Under the pieces are notes generated by a model. It was not told the DNA's origin and made no database searches. It saw only the letters and a program-made list of their open reading frames with translations. This document shows, piece by piece, positions 31,401 through 38,313 of a DNA stretch of 64,000 nt. Origin of the DNA: a virus. Made by a program: the position numbers and the translations under genes. The DNA lies in IMG/VR virus record IMGVR_UViG_3300046820_001014, positions 1-64,000 of that record; one strand, 5' to 3'. Positions within the stretch are counted from its first letter, which is position 1. Each line of letters begins with the position of its first letter.

Positions 31401-32037
31401 TTATAGAGCTAAATGGTATGGACTATTTGGAGCTAGAGATCAAGCTAAAAGAATTGATATGGAGGCAGGTACAGTAGAACAAGGTTATTATGCTTCTTTT
31501 AGATTCTTCTTAGAAGATAACTGGAGAAATGCACTTAAACTTCCAACACTTGTTGAGAATTATAATAATCTTTCTGATGTTGAAAGAGAAGGTGTTAGAA
31601 GAAGTTTACTAGATGTAATATACATATTTGCTGGAATGGTTCTCTTAAATGCTCTTCTACCAGATGAGGATGATGAAGATGCAGGATTTATTGCACAATG
31701 GGCAGCACTCTCTGTTAGAAAATCAGTCAGTGAGGTTTCAGCGTATATACCTTTATTTGGTACACAAGATCAATTAAGAACTGTAAGTACTCCATTTGTT
31801 GCTGCAAAAACAGTTAATAACTTCTTAAAAGTTATATCTCAAACTTGCGGTTATGATTTTGAAGATGGAGAATGGAAGATGTTTGAACAGTATGATAGAA
31901 AGTATGGTATGTATGAGAAGGGTGATTATAAACTTGAAGCAGCTGTTAATAAAGTAGTTCCTATACATAATGTTGTTGAAGCTTATTACCCAGGAATACT
32001 TTTAGATAATTTTGAAAAAGCTAATAGAAGAGGTTAA
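28408..32037 (+). CDS. Large cargo/ejection protein
   Basis: 1209 aa, helical; 'MISCPNKN' start; hydrophobic segment near the C-terminus; follows the RNAP gene. Confidence 0.6.
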   Translation: MISCPNKNSKAWKSLVTARGEEMSYVLWNAYDGDVPESEYFVEEEPSVPKFKLENKPVYTLEENPERKQRFLEQLKVGNAISFEYWSNISKERAKRRSITVMDYDLDAGFIVGYEDGVEKKFLINNIIDRTNPLSNRLNNEEVVEFTSSLEVGKAVSFFDDLSGNVAERILLVESFDEDGVTGIDVTSEEKVTIPYTSIVQRDTIENEQKVSDYVRKIRGVISTQLQYLKPRIKDAADQDLYNSILESQDALNDYKGVEQLESLITFLKEIDNNIKKIKVLIDNIENKGGDIPSQLRRIGLLKDFIDGHKDIEKILNPLKESNPNSQMNEVVNNIIANIHSAEVYYFNTARPKLAKWLYDHMSPELNDNLKKYGMEVITISSLEKFLANPNNDLTWMDTFLVASSNVNDSVTSLFSLALKRLYNMARKMNIAYKTYLMPLFDSFSKQGYKGMVDSYRKMFFYEVIQTSNGPIAKRRWVTEFNDYIYYGKLNEFKRKLTELNTASLSAENPRQAEALKRQADSLKLERDAYIKRCNIKLNFNQAKEMMETLQTEDPNKFRDLLNNRFNFKLAAVTEKSVNEDGFKAPANSLLVDGRYYVYTGGMQILNKELFRNTQYEALKNDATAFPMYEYLKKVYDECEKKLPIKQRLGGYVPAQGKTSTKEDIKEFMSLEESAKYSSNLVKLDGDVYKEIPLYFEKPSVKVLTDNVDINMLDGNTDLIDDSNIDNNMIKAVLNYAAQANMYKSLDTSIGSITAFLDTVKTNAPKNPDGSNIGTNRRYDKCVNLANQLVYGEKKEAPTFWTRLVDILGKITQFVNLGFSPAVYINNFIMGNVANLSEAQGGRNFNKKELALANKEFFKLIPNFIKDKENSKLYKIITRYDAIQGEFNTELGKGFGSTWSNLKEESFYAFTGSNLGELEIQGTSMIALMMARGLWNKFDENGNPTEEIGAREEETFMNVLHELNKSNHGVYNDFDRLYLQPNAIFRLMLQYRKYVVPTYRAKWYGLFGARDQAKRIDMEAGTVEQGYYASFRFFLEDNWRNALKLPTLVENYNNLSDVEREGVRRSLLDVIYIFAGMVLLNALLPDEDDEDAGFIAQWAALSVRKSVSEVSAYIPLFGTQDQLRTVSTPFVAAKTVNNFLKVISQTCGYDFEDGEWKMFEQYDRKYGMYEKGDYKLEAAVNKVVPIHNVVEAYYPGILLDNFEKANRRG

Positions 32038-32041
32038 TATT

Positions 32042-32500
32042 ATGAATGGTATAAAAGTAGTAGAGATTGCAGAACAAGAAGTAGGATATCAAGAATCTCC
32101 TAAAGGTTCTAATAAAACTAAATATGGTGAATGGTTTGGTATGGATGGTGTAGCTTGGTGTGGAATATTTGTAAGTTGGTGTTATGATAAAGCAGGTTTC
32201 CCCTTAGGTAATATTGGATTTACTAAAGGGTTTGCTGGTACACAATATGCATTAGCTCACTTTAGAGAAACTAGAAGAACTACTTTTGTTCCTGCTATTG
32301 GAGATTTAGTATTCTTTGATTGGAATCTAGATGGTAGAGTAGATCATGTAGGTATATTTGTCAAGTGGTTAGATAATGATTACTTTGAGAGTATAGAAGG
32401 TAATACCGGTACTACCTCACAATCTAATGGAGGAGAGGTAATGACTAAGAAAAGACATAAGAAGTTTGCCAAGTTTGTACATCCTAAATCATTAGATTAA
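32042..32500 (+). CDS. CHAP/NlpC-P60 endolysin
   Basis: 'WCGIFVSW', 'GDLVFFDW', 'DHVGIF', 'IEGNT'. Confidence 0.85.
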   Translation: MNGIKVVEIAEQEVGYQESPKGSNKTKYGEWFGMDGVAWCGIFVSWCYDKAGFPLGNIGFTKGFAGTQYALAHFRETRRTTFVPAIGDLVFFDWNLDGRVDHVGIFVKWLDNDYFESIEGNTGTTSQSNGGEVMTKKRHKKFAKFVHPKSLD

Positions 32501-33066
32501 TGAGTCAGATAAAAAAAATAACACGGGTAATCTTTTTTATCTATCTTACTTCTTGTAGGATGTTAAGAAGTGATGAGCAAAATGCTATACACGATGTTGA
32601 TAGGTATCAAAGAAAACTTAATAGAATTTATGCTGAGTTTCCTAAATTTAAGAAAGATACTATTAAAGGTGAAGTAGTTATACAAGTACCTATTAGAGTA
32701 GTAGATACTGTAGTACAGTATAAAGACTCTATTACTCAAAGAATTATCTATAAAAAGATTATAGAGAAATGTAAAGATTCTATTCTTGCTAAAGAGATTA
32801 TTAAGAAACTGGACAGGTACAAGTGTATTAAGGACAGCATTGTTGTTAGGGATAGCTTATTTAAAGCAGTTATTACTCAAGATAGTCTTGGTATCCACAT
32901 CAACATAATTCCAAGGGACACAGTTCTGAAAGCCAAATATGCAGTTGCCTGTCCACCAGTTATTTGTAAAGATGATATGTTCTGGGAACACTCAGAGTTC
33001 TGGTTTGTAAGTGGATTATTCTTAGTAATGGTTTTAGGAATACTAATACACTTAAAGCTTAGTTAA
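32500..33066 (+). CDS. Putative unimolecular spanin
   Basis: N-terminal lipoprotein signal ending LTSC, beta-rich middle, C-terminal transmembrane helix; lies between endolysin and holin. Confidence 0.6.
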   Translation: MSQIKKITRVIFFIYLTSCRMLRSDEQNAIHDVDRYQRKLNRIYAEFPKFKKDTIKGEVVIQVPIRVVDTVVQYKDSITQRIIYKKIIEKCKDSILAKEIIKKLDRYKCIKDSIVVRDSLFKAVITQDSLGIHINIIPRDTVLKAKYAVACPPVICKDDMFWEHSEFWFVSGLFLVMVLGILIHLKLS

Positions 33067-33073
33067 CGTATAA
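33067..33073 (+). promoter_or_regulatory. CGTATAA motif, 6 nt before ATG 33080
   Basis: Recurrent intergenic motif. Confidence 0.55.
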
Positions 33074-33079
33074 ACAAAT

Positions 33080-33385
33080 ATGTTAGATCTAGATAAAGTA
33101 TCTCTTAAACAAATGTTAAATAATTCTCAAGGAAAGAGTTCCTTAGGATTACTTATGGCTTTGCTTTGGGGAATTACTGGAGGTCTAATGATGATTACAG
33201 CAGTTGTAAGTGCTTTCTTTGGTATGAATTTTTACTCAGAAGTATTTACTTATGGAGGATTACTAGTAGGTGCATCTGCATCCTTATTGGGAGTACGCAG
33301 ATTAACTGCTGATAAACAGATACTTACAATAGATAAACAAGAAGAAGAAAATGGCGATAACATCAACAGCAACACAATCAACTAA
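33080..33385 (+). CDS. Putative holin
   Basis: Two transmembrane helices and a charged tail; in the lysis cassette. Confidence 0.55.
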   Translation: MLDLDKVSLKQMLNNSQGKSSLGLLMALLWGITGGLMMITAVVSAFFGMNFYSEVFTYGGLLVGASASLLGVRRLTADKQILTIDKQEEENGDNINSNTIN

Positions 33386-34493
33386 TAGTTACACTGTAAC
33401 TTTTAATGGTACTAGTGATCTTTATACTACACAACCTATTAATATTGTTATTAAAAGAAATGGTATTGGTATTAAAGTATTTGATAATGTAACTCAAGGT
33501 TTAAATTATTCACATACATTTGATGAAGCTTCAACAATAAATATAACTTATTCAGTTGAGTATACTGTATATTTTGATGAAACATTATTTGATGATGACT
33601 CATATAATTTTACAGTTAATGAATATAAACCAGTATTTGAATTACCTACAGTAACTTGTGTTGAAAAAGGACAAGTAGCTACATTTAAACCAGCTACTTT
33701 ATCTTTTGGAGATCAAGATTACTGTAAAGCAAGTCCTAATTATGAAAGTATACATTATGAGTACTTTGAATTTAATCAAAATTCTGGAGTATGGGTATCT
33801 AAAAATACTTTTTCTGTTTCTAATACTGCATTACTAACACCAATAGATGTTGATGATGTTGATTTAGATGCATTAGCATATACTTGGACACCTAATGTAC
33901 TAACTATGGTTAAGTTTATAGTTACTGTAACTAATTGTAATACTTCAGTAATACATGAAACAATTTTTCCTGTTTGTGGAGCATGGAAATTAAGAAGATT
34001 ATCTTGTGGTAATTATAGACTTTATAACTATAAAAGCTCAACTATAACATATAATATATATGATGATATGTCTGTAGGAGCTGTTCCTTTTTTAAGTAAT
34101 CAACAACTAGCATCTTTTAGTTATACAGATTTAAAGTTTAATGCTGAAGGTGTATATAAAATTTCAGCTGATGGAATTTCTCAATATTTATTTAATTTTT
34201 GTGAAATTGAAGCATGTGTTCTTTCTTTACAAAAGAAGATTCTTTTAGATGATAGTTTATGTGATGCTTGTAGAATGGATAAAGCTCTTTATCAAAAAGC
34301 TCTTCGTCTTATTCCTATTTATGAAACTTGGAAAAAATTACTAGATAAAGATTGGATATATGATATGCAATACTTAACTACAGATATTGATGATGAATTA
34401 GCTAGAATATATGATGCTCAAGAGTTATATACAGAAATTAAAAAACTGTGTGAAGATTGTGGAAACTCATCAACTAAAAAATGTAACTGTTAA
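33351..34493 (+). CDS. Virion structural protein (tail hub/collar-like)
   Basis: Beta-rich N-terminus, Cys-rich helical C-terminus ending 'CEDCG..KCNC'. Confidence 0.45.
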   Translation: MAITSTATQSTNSYTVTFNGTSDLYTTQPINIVIKRNGIGIKVFDNVTQGLNYSHTFDEASTINITYSVEYTVYFDETLFDDDSYNFTVNEYKPVFELPTVTCVEKGQVATFKPATLSFGDQDYCKASPNYESIHYEYFEFNQNSGVWVSKNTFSVSNTALLTPIDVDDVDLDALAYTWTPNVLTMVKFIVTVTNCNTSVIHETIFPVCGAWKLRRLSCGNYRLYNYKSSTITYNIYDDMSVGAVPFLSNQQLASFSYTDLKFNAEGVYKISADGISQYLFNFCEIEACVLSLQKKILLDDSLCDACRMDKALYQKALRLIPIYETWKKLLDKDWIYDMQYLTTDIDDELARIYDAQELYTEIKKLCEDCGNSSTKKCNC

Positions 34494-34495
34494 TC

Positions 34496-34502
34496 CGTAT
34501 AA
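34496..34502 (+). promoter_or_regulatory. CGTATAA motif, 6 nt before ATG 34509
   Basis: Recurrent intergenic motif. Confidence 0.55.
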
Positions 34503-34508
34503 GTAATT

Positions 34509-35411
34509 ATGGCTACTTTAAAAACTCCAAGTTCTGTAAAGTTTTTTCTTAAAAATCCTGCTACAACAGCAGCATTTAAGAATACAACTTTTAGTTCAAC
34601 ATATCCAAATAGTAACTTTAATAATAGTACTCCTGTTAATCTTGTAACATTAAGTAATGAGAATGAAATAAAGCCACCTACTTTACTTGGCACTGCTTTT
34701 TTTGGAGATGATGCTTCTGCTCTTAATAAAGTTGAAAGTACAACTGCTATTTTTAATACTTGTGCTATTGGTGATTACATTTTATTTAATAATGGTGGAG
34801 GTATAGATGATTTGCAAGTATTAGGACAAATACTTACAATTGATACTACAGGAGATGATGCTTATGAAAATGTTACTTTAGTTAAAAATTCTCCTTTTGA
34901 TTCTGGTGCAACTGCTGTTAATATTTATATTTTATCATTAGCATCAGTTGGAACTCCATTTAAAGTTAGTGAACCTTTTTATATGGTAGTTAAAAATCCA
35001 AATATGTCACTTTCCAGACATGATGGTATTTTAAGTATTGAGGCTTTAATAAATGCCCCAAATGTTGATTTGTTTGGATATGGAGGTATTAGAACAATTA
35101 ATCCAACTTATTTTAAGTTTAGAAAAATTTCTAAAGTTCATTTAGCTGATGAAGGTTTAGATGATACTGAAATTGCTGCAGAAACTAATATTATGTGTAC
35201 AGTTACTGGTGTAAGTACTTTATCTTATCAATTTCAACAACCAGAATTGGATATTCCAGATTCAGCTATTCCTTATTGGTCAGTTTATGAAATAAATCCT
35301 TATGGAGATTCTACAACATATATAGATAAAAGTACTATATATAGAATTGAAGTTGATAATTCATTACCATTTAAAGCAATATTAGTTTCAGGAACTACTA
35401 GCACAGAATAA
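34509..35411 (+). CDS. Structural protein, paralogue A
   Basis: Shares GDYI, R[KR]ISK, CT and PYW..Y..NPYG..DK..Y.IE motifs with the next gene. Confidence 0.55.
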   Translation: MATLKTPSSVKFFLKNPATTAAFKNTTFSSTYPNSNFNNSTPVNLVTLSNENEIKPPTLLGTAFFGDDASALNKVESTTAIFNTCAIGDYILFNNGGGIDDLQVLGQILTIDTTGDDAYENVTLVKNSPFDSGATAVNIYILSLASVGTPFKVSEPFYMVVKNPNMSLSRHDGILSIEALINAPNVDLFGYGGIRTINPTYFKFRKISKVHLADEGLDDTEIAAETNIMCTVTGVSTLSYQFQQPELDIPDSAIPYWSVYEINPYGDSTTYIDKSTIYRIEVDNSLPFKAILVSGTTSTE

Positions 35412-35438
35412 ATTCTTAAAAATTAAAAAATTACAAAT

Positions 35439-36593
35439 ATGTCTTTCTTACAAAATTTTTCTAAAATACTTATATTTAAAAATAGTCCGGAATCAAAATT
35501 TTATTTTGATACAGATGGTACAACTGGACCAAAGATTTTTAATCAAACTTATCCATTACCTAATATAGCAGATGCTGGAGTACCTTGGCCAGATACTCTT
35601 CAACCTAATTTTGTTAGAGATAATCTATTACATACAATAGGTGTAGAAGAAAGTCAAGCTTTAGGTTATGATAAATCTCCTACATCATTTGGTCAAGCTT
35701 ATCTTGATGGTGATGAGATAATTCTTAAAAATGATGATGTTGTTGCAACTATAGGAGATTTGCCTACTGCATCAACGCACTCTGGAGAAACTTATGTAGT
35801 TACAGCTAATGGTATTAAATATCTTTCTGATGGTACAAATTGGATTAATAAAGGAGCTTATGATTTTATTGGTGGACTTAGTTCACCTTTAGTTGCAGGT
35901 GATTATATTTTTTATGGTCCTCCTGATGCTAGTGATCCTAATGATTTATTAATTGCTGGAAAAATAGATACAATTTCTACTACTGCATTTGGTACAGATT
36001 CATCTACTTTAAGAATTACACTTGAAAAAAGTTCAGGTGTATCTGATGATCTTGTAGATTTATATTACTATAGAAAATCTTGGAATGGTAAAAATATTCC
36101 AGTAGATGTTACTGAAGGTTTTTATATTCTTATTGGAGTAGAGCAAAATACTAATATAGGTGCAACTTCAAATAGAAGAACAGTATATCCTTGGTTAGAT
36201 CCATTTGCACCTGCAACTAATTCATCAAACAATCAGATTGTTAATACTTCTACTGGAAATAAAACTGCTTTTACAGATTTAATTAGAATTAGAAGAATTT
36301 CTAAAAAGTATATTTCTGATGAGAATAGGACTACTGATGAGACTATTCCTTGTACTATTAAAAGAACTAATGTATTTGATCCAGGAACTGTAGCAGATTC
36401 ATATTTTTCTAGTACAGATGCTTTTCCATATTGGTGTGCATATTTTGTAAATCCTTATGGAGGTTCTAGTAGTAAATTAGATAAAGGCAGTACTTACATT
36501 ATTGAAATTAATGAAATGCTACCTGCAATAAATTCTAGTGATACTGCAAATGATACAGCATTTTATACTTATGTTAAACAAGGAGTAGTTTAA
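35439..36593 (+). CDS. Structural protein, paralogue B
   Basis: Paralogous to 34509-35411, with an extra internal segment. Confidence 0.55.
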   Translation: MSFLQNFSKILIFKNSPESKFYFDTDGTTGPKIFNQTYPLPNIADAGVPWPDTLQPNFVRDNLLHTIGVEESQALGYDKSPTSFGQAYLDGDEIILKNDDVVATIGDLPTASTHSGETYVVTANGIKYLSDGTNWINKGAYDFIGGLSSPLVAGDYIFYGPPDASDPNDLLIAGKIDTISTTAFGTDSSTLRITLEKSSGVSDDLVDLYYYRKSWNGKNIPVDVTEGFYILIGVEQNTNIGATSNRRTVYPWLDPFAPATNSSNNQIVNTSTGNKTAFTDLIRIRRISKKYISDENRTTDETIPCTIKRTNVFDPGTVADSYFSSTDAFPYWCAYFVNPYGGSSSKLDKGSTYIIEINEMLPAINSSDTANDTAFYTYVKQGVV

Positions 36594-36606
36594 AAACTAA
36601 TAACAT

Positions 36607-37569
36607 ATGGCATTTCCCTTATATCTTTTAACAGAGAGTTCTTATAGCGTATACCTTTTAACTCAGGAATTGCAGAAAAAAGCTGCATACTTCTTTACTC
36701 CTGATTATAAAGCTCGTTATATTTTTTCTCAAGATTTAAAGTATATAGGAAAATATCTATTTACTCCTAACTTTAATAGTAAGTATATATTTACAAAAGA
36801 ATTAAGTTTTTTTTCTAAATATTTCTTTACTCCTAGTTCTAAATCAAAGTATTTTTTTACAAAAGATTTAGATGCAAATCCTGAAGATAATATTTGTATA
36901 TATCCTAAAGAATTAGAAAAATTAAGAAATAAAGCAATTTTATTATATTTTAATGAAGTTATAAAATCTTTAAGAAACTCTATTTATAAAGAAGGTTATG
37001 GTAGAGTTTGTGAAGGAGGTTATAATAGAACAGGAATGTTAAGAATTCTTTTAGATTACTTATCTTCTATATGGCTTGAGAGAGATACTGATAGCCGTTC
37101 TGGATTAGCTAGAGTATCTGATTACTATTATACTAAATATTCAATTAATGATATTATAGTAAACTTTAGAAAATGTGATATTAATATTAAACCAATAATT
37201 GCTCTGTTTAACTTAAATTCGTATAGTATTATAGACAATGATTGGAACAATTATTATTTAATAACTAATATAATTAATCCTCCAACAGAAGAAGTTGTTA
37301 AAACATTGAAACAGTTTACAGATATATTTACAACAGAATTTATTAATGTTGATGCTAATCAAAGGCAATATCCTATTTCTGATTCTCAATATATATTCCC
37401 TGTTACAAAAGGTATAAAATATTTAACTTCTTTTTCTATAAATGGAAATGATTATACAGCTTTTACTGATTATAATTTATCTTCTGTAACTTACTCTCAA
37501 TCAACGTTATTTGGATACACAATCACAAGTTCTGATACTGTAACTATAACATACTGGTATGAAGAGTAA
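36607..37569 (+). CDS. Structural protein with N-terminal Y-x-[FL]-[TS] peptide repeats
   Basis: Eight repeats at alternating 10/12-aa spacing. Confidence 0.5.
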   Translation: MAFPLYLLTESSYSVYLLTQELQKKAAYFFTPDYKARYIFSQDLKYIGKYLFTPNFNSKYIFTKELSFFSKYFFTPSSKSKYFFTKDLDANPEDNICIYPKELEKLRNKAILLYFNEVIKSLRNSIYKEGYGRVCEGGYNRTGMLRILLDYLSSIWLERDTDSRSGLARVSDYYYTKYSINDIIVNFRKCDINIKPIIALFNLNSYSIIDNDWNNYYLITNIINPPTEEVVKTLKQFTDIFTTEFINVDANQRQYPISDSQYIFPVTKGIKYLTSFSINGNDYTAFTDYNLSSVTYSQSTLFGYTITSSDTVTITYWYEE

Positions 37570-38311
37570 ACAAGCATTTTTTGAAGCATTAACAGCTGGA
37601 AGTACAGTAGGAGGAATAACTGCAGGAACTAATTTAGAAGATATGAATCTTTATGAAGTATTTGATATGCTCTTAAATCCTTACCAACCACCTGCTTTTA
37701 CCTCATTTGGTATTACTGGACAATCTCAGACTTTAGAAATTGGAGATAGTATTGCTTCTGGAAGTAAATCATTTGCTTGGAGTATTAGTAACTCTTCTAA
37801 TGTAACTGCTAATACTCTTAGTATTACAGGAGAACCTGGAACTATAGTAAGTGCTGGAAGTATTACTTCTCCTTATTCTTATACTTTAGTATCTCCAATA
37901 ACTAAGACTACTGTAGGAAGTACTAGTACATTTAATATCTCTGCTACTAATACCAATTCTAGTACATTCTCAAGTAGTTTTACAGTTACTTGGAGAGCTT
38001 ATTTTTATACAGGTAAAAATACTTTAACAATTCTTACTGATGATGATGCAGTAGCTCTATCAACATCTTCCTTAGGAGGAGTTCCTACTGGAACTAAGAG
38101 TTACTCAGCAGGAGCAGGTTATATATATTATGTATATCCTTCTAGCTTTGCAAATATTAATACTATGAAAGATGTAGCTACTAACTTAGATGTACCTTAT
38201 ATACAACTTGCTAATATTACTATTAGTAATAGTTTTAGTGTTGGTACAACTTATAAAGTATTTAGAACCCTCAATCAACTTAATGGAGCTATAACCTTAA
38301 TAACTACATAA
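37559..38311 (+). CDS. Tail fibre-associated Ig-like protein
   Basis: Ser/Thr-rich; 'LLNPYQPPAFTSF' and 'YIYYVYP' motifs. Confidence 0.55.
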   Translation: MKSKQAFFEALTAGSTVGGITAGTNLEDMNLYEVFDMLLNPYQPPAFTSFGITGQSQTLEIGDSIASGSKSFAWSISNSSNVTANTLSITGEPGTIVSAGSITSPYSYTLVSPITKTTVGSTSTFNISATNTNSSTFSSSFTVTWRAYFYTGKNTLTILTDDDAVALSTSSLGGVPTGTKSYSAGAGYIYYVYPSSFANINTMKDVATNLDVPYIQLANITISNSFSVGTTYKVFRTLNQLNGAITLITT

Positions 38312-38313
38312 AC

